From the IMG/VR virus record IMGVR_UViG_3300010362_000008, positions 1 to 42,893 of that record: DNA of 42,893 nt; one strand, given 5' to 3'. Positions within the stretch are counted from its first letter, which is position 1. Every line of letters begins with the position of its first letter. The notes under the pieces are model-generated. The model was not told where the DNA came from. It ran no database searches and worked only from the letters and a program-made list of their open reading frames with translations. Below are positions 33,146 through 41,541 of the stretch, piece after piece. Origin of the DNA: a virus (taxonomy: Duplodnaviria; Caudoviricetes). Position numbers and translations under genes: made by a program.

Positions 33146-33475
33146 ATGGCCGACAAGAGTGTACCGCAGAACACCGGTGGGCAGTTCGGCGGGATCTTCA
33201 CCGGGGGAAACGTCGAAACCCTCGTTTACACGGGCGCCGGTCGTCTGTGTAAGTTCAACATCCTGACCGCCGGGACCGCGTCGTTCTCCATCTACGACGG
33301 CACCCAGAGTACGGGCGGCACGCTCGTCTTCACGAGCCTCACCAACGACGCCATCGGCACGGTCAAGGACGTGCAGGTGCCGATTACCACGGGGATCGTC
33401 GTCAAGGGCACAACGGGCGCAGCGGGCATCTACGTCTGCTACAACAAGGACGGCGCGCTCGGCCTGTCCAGCTAG
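33146..33475 (+). CDS. Probable small virion structural protein
   Basis: Gly/Thr-rich beta-strand pattern within the head-neck cluster. Confidence 0.55.
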   Translation: MADKSVPQNTGGQFGGIFTGGNVETLVYTGAGRLCKFNILTAGTASFSIYDGTQSTGGTLVFTSLTNDAIGTVKDVQVPITTGIVVKGTTGAAGIYVCYNKDGALGLSS

Positions 33476-33483
33476 GAGCCGTC

Positions 33484-33726
33484 ATGGCCCACAAGAAGCC
33501 CGAGCGCACACCGCGACTCTCCTTCGTCCGGGCGGGCGCCCTCATCGTCAACCTCGACCACGTCGCCGCGGTGTCGTTCCCACTGGTGGTGGGCGCGCCC
33601 TTGACGCTCACGCTCACGAGCGGCACCCAGATGCAACTTTCTGGACCGGAAGCGGACGCCTTCCTCGAAGCGCTGGGGGTTCACTGCGGTGACGTGACGC
33701 CGCCCAAACAGTTCGGGTCCACGTAG
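33484..33726 (+). CDS. Hypothetical protein
   Basis: AGGAG RBS; IVNLDHV motif. Confidence 0.6.
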   Translation: MAHKKPERTPRLSFVRAGALIVNLDHVAAVSFPLVVGAPLTLTLTSGTQMQLSGPEADAFLEALGVHCGDVTPPKQFGST

Positions 33727-33736
33727 GCGCCCTGCT

Positions 33737-34423
33737 ATGGCCGTCATCGACACCTCAGGCTGGACCGCCCGCACGGGCATTACCCCCACCGGGGCCGATG
33801 CCACGAGTATCGCGCAGTACTGCACCGACGTCTCGGCCATCCTCACCCGCAAGTGTTACCCCGTCGCACTCGAACCCAAACCCCTCACCCTCTTCGCCTG
33901 CGACGCACCGCCCTCCGAGTGGCTCACCCTGCCCCTGCGGCCCTGCCGGGCGATTACCGCGCTCTACTACCACGCCGGGGCCAACGGGGACAGCAGTGTC
34001 CTCGACCTCACGGCCGACTTGCTTGTGGCCGGGACCGATTACCTCCTGCCCATTGACGACGCGCTAAACGCGTGGAACCGCGCCGGGAAGGTGTTCCGGT
34101 GCAACACCTCCGCTTGGGGAACGCGCTACCGACGCCCCGTGGGGAAACTCGGTTACGCCCTGGAAGCCGAACGCGGCTCGGTGTTCGTCTCGGGGACGTT
34201 CGGCCCCGCCTCGGGGGTCATCGACGGGGCGGCGGCAGCGGGGGCGGCGGCGGTCACCCTCATGTACCAGCGCCGCACGACCGGGGCACCGCTCCAGAGC
34301 GAGTCGTGGGGCGGGTACTCCTACAGTGCCGCAGCACCTTTCACCGCAGAGGCCGCAGTGAATTCCCCCGAGGTGCTCGGCATCCTGCGGGATTCGGGAC
34401 TCCTTCCCTTGCACGTGGCGTGA
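33737..34423 (+). CDS. Head-tail adaptor/connector
   Basis: Position; LQSESWGGYSYS C-terminal motif typical of adaptors. Confidence 0.7.
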   Translation: MAVIDTSGWTARTGITPTGADATSIAQYCTDVSAILTRKCYPVALEPKPLTLFACDAPPSEWLTLPLRPCRAITALYYHAGANGDSSVLDLTADLLVAGTDYLLPIDDALNAWNRAGKVFRCNTSAWGTRYRRPVGKLGYALEAERGSVFVSGTFGPASGVIDGAAAAGAAAVTLMYQRRTTGAPLQSESWGGYSYSAAAPFTAEAAVNSPEVLGILRDSGLLPLHVA

Positions 34424-34424
34424 C

Positions 34425-34754
34425 ATGGCTCTGTTTGATAACCCACCACACACGGTCACGATCGAGAAACCCACGTCCAGTACCGACGCCGGGGGCGGGA
34501 CGGCGAGCTCCTACTCGACCCGCACCAGTGGCGTGAAGGGCTACATGGAGAGTGCCTCGGCCGCGGAGAAGGAGCTCTTTGCCCAGATGGGTATCGAGGT
34601 CTCCGGAGCGTTCTCCACACGCGATACGAGCGCCCAGCGCGGTGACCGCCTGCTCTACAACGGGGTGTACCTGCGCGTCGTCGGAATCAACGTGAACGAG
34701 GCCGCGGGCACCATTCCCACGCTCTGCCGGATCATGGTCAGTCAGCAGCTCTAG
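34425..34754 (+). CDS. Head closure (stopper) protein
   Basis: HTVTIEKP...DAGGG...GDRL; 109 aa; follows the adaptor. Confidence 0.7.
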   Translation: MALFDNPPHTVTIEKPTSSTDAGGGTASSYSTRTSGVKGYMESASAAEKELFAQMGIEVSGAFSTRDTSAQRGDRLLYNGVYLRVVGINVNEAAGTIPTLCRIMVSQQL

Positions 34755-34764
34755 GGCATTTCTC

Positions 34765-34793
34765 TTGGCGCGTTTGTATCACTGTGCCACAAT
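34765..34793 (+). promoter_or_regulatory. Putative sigma70 promoter TTGGCG-N17-CACAAT for a moron
   Basis: Spacing and position upstream of 34852. Confidence 0.5.
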
Positions 34794-34851
34794 CTCGACT
34801 GAATTGGAGCGAATAGCCGTGTGGGCCATTGTGCCCGCAGGAGTGCGTGTC

Positions 34852-35085
34852 GTGCCGAAATACGTGTGCCCGGAGTGCGGGCGGGAAGTGGTCGCCAATG
34901 CCGACCTGGAGGGCCATCCGGCCGATTGTGCCCGGTGCGGCGCGCATGTCGAGAGCTGGCCGGAACCCCAGAGAGCGACCCGCGCGCCGGCCACTCTGGG
35001 AGGAAATCTTTTCCAGTTCGCGGCACTGGCCGTCTTCGTGGTGCTCGCGCTTGTGATTTTGGCCGCGATTTTCGGCCGGAGGTGA
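34852..35085 (+). CDS. Zinc-ribbon plus C-terminal TM protein (moron)
   Basis: CPECG...CARCG then a hydrophobic helix; AGGAG RBS. Confidence 0.65.
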   Translation: MPKYVCPECGREVVANADLEGHPADCARCGAHVESWPEPQRATRAPATLGGNLFQFAALAVFVVLALVILAAIFGRR

Positions 35086-35086
35086 T

Positions 35087-35602
35087 TCAGTTGCCCATGA
35101 CCCACAGGGCGTAGGTGACCGATGTGGCACCGGGATTGTAAATCGAGAGCACATCCGTACTGCCTGCTGCCACGGCCCATCCGGTGACCGGGCGGTCCTT
35201 CTTGATGTTCGTGTACGTCTCCTCCCAGAAGTTCGCCGTGACCGCCTGGAACCAGAGGATGTTCGCGTGCGTCTGGTTCTGCGGCCCCACGCGGAGTTTC
35301 TTGGCACCATCGGGCGAGACGATCGCGATCCAGACCCGTTTCAAGGCCGTAAACGCCTGCACGACGCCGAGGGTCGTGAGGCCGGCGGTCAGGTCGATGT
35401 TATCGAAGGTCGTTCCCGCGAGGACGCGCTGGGCCAGATACCACTTCGTCACCTGCCCGTCGCCCGTGCCGTAGCTGTAAGTGAACTTCTGCTGTGGGAA
35501 GACGGCACCGCCGATGGAGGCGCTCTGACGCTCACCGGTCGAGGAGTTGACGACCGAACCGCCGCCCGTGACCCGGTCACTCGTGTTGATGTCAAAGGCC
35601 AT
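35087..35602 (-). CDS. Probable tail/virion protein
   Basis: Follows the tape measure in the inverted tail block; beta-rich. Confidence 0.6.
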   Translation of the reverse strand: MAFDINTSDRVTGGGSVVNSSTGERQSASIGGAVFPQQKFTYSYGTGDGQVTKWYLAQRVLAGTTFDNIDLTAGLTTLGVVQAFTALKRVWIAIVSPDGAKKLRVGPQNQTHANILWFQAVTANFWEETYTNIKKDRPVTGWAVAAGSTDVLSIYNPGATSVTYALWVMGN

Positions 35603-35604
35603 TG

Positions 35605-36606
35605 TTAGCTCCGGGTCTCGACCGCCGAGGCGGGAACCGTGATGCCCGTTCCCGTCGCGATCGCAATCAGGATTTCAATCAGGCGGATGCCGATGTCCAC
35701 AAGCGGCTTCATGGGGTTGTCTTCGGCGAAATCGGCTCCGGCCGTCGCGCGAATCATCGCTTTCTGAATGAGGTCCGCAGTTCCACCCGCCGCGAGTGGG
35801 TCGGCGCTAAAGGGGGTCACGTCGCGCCGCGGCGGGGGTGCCGCGCCCGGCCCTGGTGGGGCGCCCGGACGACCCGAGGAGAAGAGGCGCGAAAGGGCCT
35901 CACCGCCCGTCGAGAACGCGGCCCCCAGGCGCGACGCCCCGCCGGTGCGGAGCCGGGAATAGTAATCGCTCGGGCGCTCGCTCTCGTAGCTGACAGGGGC
36001 GCTCGCCGCCGCGCCCCCCACGGCCCCGAAGAGGGCACCGATGGGCCCGCCCGCCCGAAAGCCCAGTAGCGCCCCGGCCCCTGCCCCGGCCATCGCACCC
36101 GTCGTGCTGCCGCCACCCGCGAAGGCCGACCCCGCGACAAAACCCAGTGCGGCACCGGGAAGGCCCCCGAACCGGGCGCCGATGCCCGCACCGATGAGGC
36201 CGCCCATGATGCCGTTCTGCTGGGCGCCGTTCAAGCCCCGGAACCGCCGCTCGATCTCCACGGCCGCATACGTGAAGCCGTTGAGGATCGGGGACATCAC
36301 GGCCGCGAACTGCCGGCCCAACTGCTCGACGGCGTAATCGAGCCGGGCGCTTTCCACGGTGCCCGCGAATCCCCGACTGGCAAGCGAGCGGGCCTGACCG
36401 AGGGCCTGACCCACGCCCGAACTCACCGCCTTTTCGAGGCGACTGGCCAGGCGCTCGAACTGGGTCTGCTGGGCGCTTTGCTGGGCCGACGGGGTCGTAT
36501 TCTTGGCGATCCCTTGAACCGCGTCCCGGGTCTGGGCCGTGTTCTTGGCGATCTCCTGCAACCAACTTTGCAGGATGTCGAAATAGGTGTCGATCGAGAC
36601 GGCCAC
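35605..36606 (-). CDS. Short tape-measure-like protein
   Basis: Directly downstream of the frameshifted chaperone; Ala/Gly-rich helices with Gly-zipper segments. Confidence 0.65.
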   Translation of the reverse strand: MAVSIDTYFDILQSWLQEIAKNTAQTRDAVQGIAKNTTPSAQQSAQQTQFERLASRLEKAVSSGVGQALGQARSLASRGFAGTVESARLDYAVEQLGRQFAAVMSPILNGFTYAAVEIERRFRGLNGAQQNGIMGGLIGAGIGARFGGLPGAALGFVAGSAFAGGGSTTGAMAGAGAGALLGFRAGGPIGALFGAVGGAAASAPVSYESERPSDYYSRLRTGGASRLGAAFSTGGEALSRLFSSGRPGAPPGPGAAPPPRRDVTPFSADPLAAGGTADLIQKAMIRATAGADFAEDNPMKPLVDIGIRLIEILIAIATGTGITVPASAVETRS

Positions 36607-36607
36607 G

Positions 36608-36859
36608 CTATTCCTTGGGTTTCATGGGCGGCTTGTTCTGTTTGGCGCGCCGGCGGTTGATCTGCTCCCGCAGCGCGGCCGGGTCGTGCTCGCGGCGGCC
36701 CCCGCCGCCGCACCAGAGGACGTAGAACTCGGCCCAGCTCATCCCGTCGAGGACATCCGCCGCGCTCCAGTGCAAGTGGCGCGCGAAGTCCTGGAGGATG
36801 ACCGCCCACGGCAGCTCGGCTACGAAGCCGAGCCAGTCGCGGGCGGTTGGGCGTTTGGG
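36608..36859 (-). CDS. -1 frame extension of the tail assembly chaperone (lambda gpGT-like)
   Basis: Slippery heptamer C CCA AAC at 36853-36859; -1 frame open as KRPTARDWLGFVAELPW...KPKE* to the tape measure start. Confidence 0.8.
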   Translation of the reverse strand, partial: PKRPTARDWLGFVAELPWAVILQDFARHLHWSAADVLDGMSWAEFYVLWCGGGGRREHDPAALREQINRRRAKQNKPPMKPKE

Positions 36860-37290
36860 TCGATAGCCCCCAGACCGAGCGCCGCATCGAGAGCATCGGA
36901 GGCGTCGTAGAGGTTGTCCTCGGTGACGAGCGCCTCGACCTCCTTGGGGTCAAAATCCTTGAGGGCGCGCGAGATGTGATACCACACGCGCCAGCGGACC
37001 CCCGCCAGAGTCGCGTATTGCTCCCAGACGGCCTCGACCGAGGGCGAGACCGGTGCCCCCGCGCCGATCTTGATGGCCTCGGAGACGGCGATGGCGAAGG
37101 CTGCCGGCGGCAGGTGAGCGTGTTTGGTGGCGACGTAATCGAGCGGGCTGACGCACTGGGCTTTGGCCAGTGCCTTCATCCGCTCGTGGGTGACGAGTTT
37201 GTCGCGCGGGGTCGGCGGCAGGATGACGAACTCGCGCCCGCCGAGCACAAGCAGGCGCGCGGACTGGGAGAGAGCCTCGACGGGTTCCAT
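36820..37290 (-). CDS. Tail assembly chaperone (gpG-like)
   Basis: Between tail tube and tape measure; ends ...IDPN at the slippery site. Confidence 0.75.
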   Translation of the reverse strand: MEPVEALSQSARLLVLGGREFVILPPTPRDKLVTHERMKALAKAQCVSPLDYVATKHAHLPPAAFAIAVSEAIKIGAGAPVSPSVEAVWEQYATLAGVRWRVWYHISRALKDFDPKEVEALVTEDNLYDASDALDAALGLGAIDPNAQPPATGSAS

Positions 37291-37306
37291 GAACGTCCTT
37301 CAGGGG

Positions 37307-37690
37307 TCAGGTGACGGCGCGGGTCAGAACGCCGCCCTTGCCGGTAATTTCGGTGCGGATGATGTCGCCCGCGTTGTCGCAGATGTCCTCGACCGTCTCG
37401 ACGATGGTGTTGGTCAGGAGGTTGAACTTGCCCGTCGTGCCGAGCGGGAATTTCAGGGCGACTTTCGTGCCTTCGATCAGGAGGAAATCGGTGTCGGGGA
37501 TGTTCGTGTCGTCCCACGGCACCGAGGCGCTCCAGGCGTGGTCGTAGACGACGTGCTCGTAGTTACTCGATGCCACCCCGCTGTGGGTGTTCTCGGTCGT
37601 GCGCGAGCGCTTGGTGATGCGCGTTACGCGGCAGTTGAGGGTGGTACTGGCGATCTGGAGCGAGGAGCCGTTGGCGGACTGGAAGGCCAT
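37307..37690 (-). CDS. Probable tail tube protein
   Basis: Order terminator-tube-chaperone-tape measure; beta-rich, 127 aa. Confidence 0.65.
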   Translation of the reverse strand: MAFQSANGSSLQIASTTLNCRVTRITKRSRTTENTHSGVASSNYEHVVYDHAWSASVPWDDTNIPDTDFLLIEGTKVALKFPLGTTGKFNLLTNTIVETVEDICDNAGDIIRTEITGKGGVLTRAVT

Positions 37691-37709
37691 GATTCACCCG
37701 TGAAGTGCC

Positions 37710-37727
37710 GCCTGCCTGCAGGCAGGC
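37710..37727. promoter_or_regulatory. 18-bp palindrome, copy 4 (flanks oriented with the minus-strand gene)
   Basis: 19 nt upstream of the tail tube ATG. Confidence 0.8.
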
Positions 37728-37755
37728 ACGATGGCCGGAGGAAAGCGTGTGGTGA

Positions 37756-37781
37756 ATCGTGTCCCCTCTCCGGGGAACCTG
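37756..37781 (-). promoter_or_regulatory. Late promoter motif for the tail tube: CAGGTTCC-N12-CACGAT (leadered)
   Basis: Same motif and spacing on the minus strand. Confidence 0.65.
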
Positions 37782-37782
37782 C

Positions 37783-38265
37783 CTACGTGGGGGACAGGCC
37801 CAGGATGACGGCGTAGCGCAGTTCGCACTTGTGGACGCGCTGGCCCTCGAAGTCGAAACCGGCGTAGGAGCGCTGTTCGCGGGTGCGCTGGATCTGGATC
37901 TTGTAGTTGTAGCCCGAGAGGACGAATGCCCCGAAGTCCAGGCCCGCCTTCGCGGCCGGGTTGGAGCCGCCCCACTTCACGGCCGCGACGATGCTATCGA
38001 CCGAGATGCCCGACGCGGCCCCCAAAGGCACTGCGAACACCTCCAGACGCAGTTCGCCCCGCTCGATGCCCCCGAAGGAGCTGTCGAACTCCGGGCGCTG
38101 GCTCTCGTCGTAGAGCACGACGTAGGGCGGGCGCTGCTGGACCGCCGCGGCCGTCGTCTGGGCGGCCTTGCCCATGAAGATCGGGGGCCGGGTCGCGCCG
38201 CCGAAAGTGCCGGCGGGAATCGAGTTGTAGAGGTCGATGACGGCCGACACGAGGGAAGTCGCCAT
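37783..38265 (-). CDS. Tail terminator/completion protein
   Basis: PYVV...LRLEVF pattern, size and position before the tube gene. Confidence 0.65.
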   Translation of the reverse strand: MATSLVSAVIDLYNSIPAGTFGGATRPPIFMGKAAQTTAAAVQQRPPYVVLYDESQRPEFDSSFGGIERGELRLEVFAVPLGAASGISVDSIVAAVKWGGSNPAAKAGLDFGAFVLSGYNYKIQIQRTREQRSYAGFDFEGQRVHKCELRYAVILGLSPT

Positions 38266-38333
38266 GTGCCTAGCGTCCCCTTGGCCGCGATAACCTGCCC
38301 GCAGGTTCCGCGGGGCGGCCCCACAATCGGCGC
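38266..38333. promoter_or_regulatory. Back-to-back late promoters: CAGGTTAT-N12-GACGCT-N6-ATG (-) and CAGGTTCC-N12-CACAAT-N6-ATG (+)
   Basis: Each motif lies exactly 32 nt from its ATG; the whole 68-nt gap is 32+4+32. Confidence 0.8.
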
Positions 38334-39452
38334 ATGGCGACCTACGACCTGTTCGGGGATACGAGCGGCCTGCCGCACACCAACCGGACCTCGATGCCCT
38401 ACGAGATCGAGGCCCTCTCCCCGCGCGAGCTGTGGGGCGCGGGCAACGGGGCGACCTCGCTCGTCTGCCGGCAACTCTGGGACTCGTCGGCGACGTGGAT
38501 CAAGGAGATGGTCGGTGAGGTCAAGGTCGCCAAGCAGTCCAGTAGCCTACTCCTGAAGCGCTACGTGCCCGAACCGCTCCAGTACAACCTCTTTGGTGAC
38601 GGGGCCGATTCGCGGGTCCAGTTCTGCTCGATGGTGGATCAGGTCGAGCAGGGCGGCAACACTTCCAACACGAATTTCGCGCAGGCCGATTCCAACTGGC
38701 CCCAGACGGACTGGGTCAAGTACCGCGCGACCTGGGAGGTGTTCCCCTACGCGATCATTGACGACTCCCTGAATATCGGCTCCCTGCCCTCGATGGTCGA
38801 TATTGCCGCCGGGGCGGCGCCGTACCAGGGCGCGCAGGAGTTGTACCGCTACGTGATCCGGCAGCGCAAGACGTACAGCCGCGAGCAGCCCATCCCGGCC
38901 GCCTCGACCGCGGGCGGGTTCAAGGTGATTGACGACGCGGTCCCCGCCAACCGCAAGCCCATCGGGCAGGTGGGCTTCCGCGTCGTGGGGATGGCCGACG
39001 TGGTCTACAAGTGGGTGCGGATTCCCATCGGCTGGCCCCCGACCATCGGCTACCTGCCCACCGACCCGGCCAACCCCTGGCCGCCCGTCTTCAACCCCGC
39101 CGCGGCCGACCCGACGACCAAGAAGCGCACCCGCGACACGTTCGTCGGCACCATCAATGACGACTGGTTCGACGTGGCCGCTCCCGACGGGTACGCCTGG
39201 CCCCCGGGCACGCTCCTCTACCTGGGGTTCGACGACTCTACCCGCTACTACGACGCGGCGGGCGACTGGGTCTGTGACGTGGTGTTCACCTTCAAGGCGA
39301 AGTGCTCGGCGGATAACGCCGGGCTCATCGGGGGGTGGAACCACTACCTGACCGCGGCCGGGGCGTGGAAAGAGGTGTCGCTCGACGGCCTCTCGACGGG
39401 CACCAAACCTTACAAGACGAATAACTTTAACAACCTGTTCCAGTGGTCCTGA
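38334..39452 (+). CDS. Probable tail-tip/hub protein
   Basis: Position before the fibre gene; late promoter; GTLLY and GWNH motifs. Confidence 0.55.
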   Translation: MATYDLFGDTSGLPHTNRTSMPYEIEALSPRELWGAGNGATSLVCRQLWDSSATWIKEMVGEVKVAKQSSSLLLKRYVPEPLQYNLFGDGADSRVQFCSMVDQVEQGGNTSNTNFAQADSNWPQTDWVKYRATWEVFPYAIIDDSLNIGSLPSMVDIAAGAAPYQGAQELYRYVIRQRKTYSREQPIPAASTAGGFKVIDDAVPANRKPIGQVGFRVVGMADVVYKWVRIPIGWPPTIGYLPTDPANPWPPVFNPAAADPTTKKRTRDTFVGTINDDWFDVAAPDGYAWPPGTLLYLGFDDSTRYYDAAGDWVCDVVFTFKAKCSADNAGLIGGWNHYLTAAGAWKEVSLDGLSTGTKPYKTNNFNNLFQWS

Positions 39453-41131
39453 TGCTCCCGCGCCGCACCCCACCCCCCGAACCCGCCACCCTGGCGCGCG
39501 ACATCCCGCCGCCGGAACCGGGGGCCAGTGCCGTCGCGCAGCCCGGTTCGCTCTGGGTCACGATTACCGGGCAGACCGCGGGCACGAACCTCTATTCGTG
39601 GACGCAGTTGAACGAGGGCGACGCGCCGACCTTCGCGGCCAACCTCGCCGACGCCTTCGCGGCCACGGGCGGCACGACCGCCGACGCCGCACCCGCCTAC
39701 GAGGTCAACGGCCGCACGGATGTGCCCATCGGGGTCAAGGTGCGCCTCTGGCCCGCGGGCGACCTGACGTACTACCTGTTTGACGCCGCGAGTATATCCC
39801 CGTGGAAAGCCCCCGTCCGCGTGGCGACGACCGCCGCCGGCACGCTGGCCAGTTCCTTCGAGAACGGCGATACGGTGGACGGGGTGACGCTGGCCACCGG
39901 GGACCGCATCCTGATTAAAGACCAGTCGAGCGCCTCCGAGAACGGCATTTACACCGTCAACGCCTCGGGCGCGCCCACGCGGGCCACCGATGCCGATTCG
40001 GCAAGTGAGCTGGAAAGCGCCACGGTGGCCGTCAATGCGGGTACGGTCAACGCCCACACGGTCTGGCTCTGCACCGCGACCGTACCCATCACGGTCAACA
40101 CCACGCCGCTGCCCTGGAAGAACATCCCGACCAACTCCGGCGGCACGGACAACCACATCACGCGCTACGACGCGGCCTACGGACTTCAGAACAGCCGACC
40201 CGTCATTGCCGACTCCGGCGACACGTCGTTCTACAACACCGACACGCCCTCCTCCGGCTCGTCGTTCGCCTTGGTCGGGCACGACCGCCTGGCGGCACCG
40301 GGGCCGGGCTCCACCAACCAGTTGCCGGAACTCGTTCTGGCCCCTCTGGGCGGCACGAGCGGGGCCACCTGGTTTTCGATTCGCACCGCGACCGACGCGG
40401 CGACCGGCACGAAACTGGGGACCGTGTACGCCAAGGCCGATTTCGACGGCACGGCCGCGACGCAACTGGCCGTCAGCCTGACGGACCTCTCCGCGACGCA
40501 CGACCTCTCGGCCACGACGCCCCTCTGGCGCATCACGGCCGTCGGCGGCGTCCCGACCGGCTACCTGTGGGCCGACGGCTACCTGAGCTCCGACGGTGCC
40601 ATCGGCAGTTCGGTCATGAAGGTCGGTGCGTCGGCCAACCTGACGGGCGCGTTCCGGAACTACCTCTTTGCCCCGATGCTCGCGGCCGACGCCGCCAAGC
40701 GCATCGGCCTCTCGGTCATGGACGCGGGCGTGGAGAAAGACGGCATCTACGGCACGCTCGCGCCGGGCATGACGGTTTCGGGCGGGCTTATCACGAGTGC
40801 GGGCAGCGGGTCGTTTGTGACGACCGGGGCCAACACGTTCACCGATACGCAGACGATCGCGAGCCCCAATGCCCCGGCGCTCGTCGTTCAGCAGACGAGT
40901 AACAACGCCAGCCACACCCTCGAAGTGAAGAACATCGCGGGCACGGTGACGTTCTTCGTGACCGGTAACGGCGACGTGACGGCGCACCTGTTCTCCGGTG
41001 ACGGTTCGGGCCTGACGAATTTGAACGCCTCGAACCTGGCGACGGGCACCGTTCCGCTCGCGCGCCTGCCCGCGGGTGTCGCCAACGCGGGGGCCGGATC
41101 TTCGCTGGCACTCTTCTCGACTTGCTACTAA
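39452..41131 (+). CDS. Tail fibre/receptor-binding-like protein
   Basis: WKAPVRVATT...VDGVTLATGDRILIKDQ...NGIY...RATDAD virion domain; FSGDGSGLTNLNASNL..GTVPLARL. Confidence 0.75.
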   Translation: MLPRRTPPPEPATLARDIPPPEPGASAVAQPGSLWVTITGQTAGTNLYSWTQLNEGDAPTFAANLADAFAATGGTTADAAPAYEVNGRTDVPIGVKVRLWPAGDLTYYLFDAASISPWKAPVRVATTAAGTLASSFENGDTVDGVTLATGDRILIKDQSSASENGIYTVNASGAPTRATDADSASELESATVAVNAGTVNAHTVWLCTATVPITVNTTPLPWKNIPTNSGGTDNHITRYDAAYGLQNSRPVIADSGDTSFYNTDTPSSGSSFALVGHDRLAAPGPGSTNQLPELVLAPLGGTSGATWFSIRTATDAATGTKLGTVYAKADFDGTAATQLAVSLTDLSATHDLSATTPLWRITAVGGVPTGYLWADGYLSSDGAIGSSVMKVGASANLTGAFRNYLFAPMLAADAAKRIGLSVMDAGVEKDGIYGTLAPGMTVSGGLITSAGSGSFVTTGANTFTDTQTIASPNAPALVVQQTSNNASHTLEVKNIAGTVTFFVTGNGDVTAHLFSGDGSGLTNLNASNLATGTVPLARLPAGVANAGAGSSLALFSTCY

Positions 41132-41140
41132 GGGGCTTCG

Positions 41141-41539
41141 ATGGCCGCCGGAACGTCACCGATTTTCGTCACGACTCCGCAGGCTCCGCAAGTTCGCATC
41201 TCGACCGCGAACACTGGCCGCGACGGGAGCGGCACGCTCGGTACGCTGACGACGGCCGGGGCCAGTGGCGCGTTTTACAAGGGGTTCCGCTGGCAGGCGG
41301 AAGGCACGACGACCGCGGGCGTCATTCGCCTCTTTATCCAGAAGGGCGGGGCGGGGAACTTCGAACTGAAGCGCGAAATGCTCGTCGGCGCCGTCACGCC
41401 GAGCACGACGGTTGAGGCCACGTCCGGCGAGTGGTATCCGCAAGCGGGGATCGTTCTGGGCGCGGGCGACGTGGTGAAGGTGGGCACGCACAACGGCGAA
41501 ACCTTCTCGTGCTGGCTTGAGGCCGGTGGAGATTATTGA
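41141..41539 (+). CDS. Probable virion/tail accessory protein
   Basis: Beta-rich, in the tail-tip cluster. Confidence 0.55.
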   Translation: MAAGTSPIFVTTPQAPQVRISTANTGRDGSGTLGTLTTAGASGAFYKGFRWQAEGTTTAGVIRLFIQKGGAGNFELKREMLVGAVTPSTTVEATSGEWYPQAGIVLGAGDVVKVGTHNGETFSCWLEAGGDY

Positions 41540-41541
41540 CC

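Noticed and set aside
1753-37727. Palindrome copies as CRISPR repeats or invertase sites
   Set aside because: Copies are kilobases apart, do not bracket the inverted tail block, and track start codons instead
34755-38333. Actively invertible tail segment
   Set aside because: No flanking inverted repeats found by eye and no serine invertase; dedicated promoters suggest a fixed arrangement
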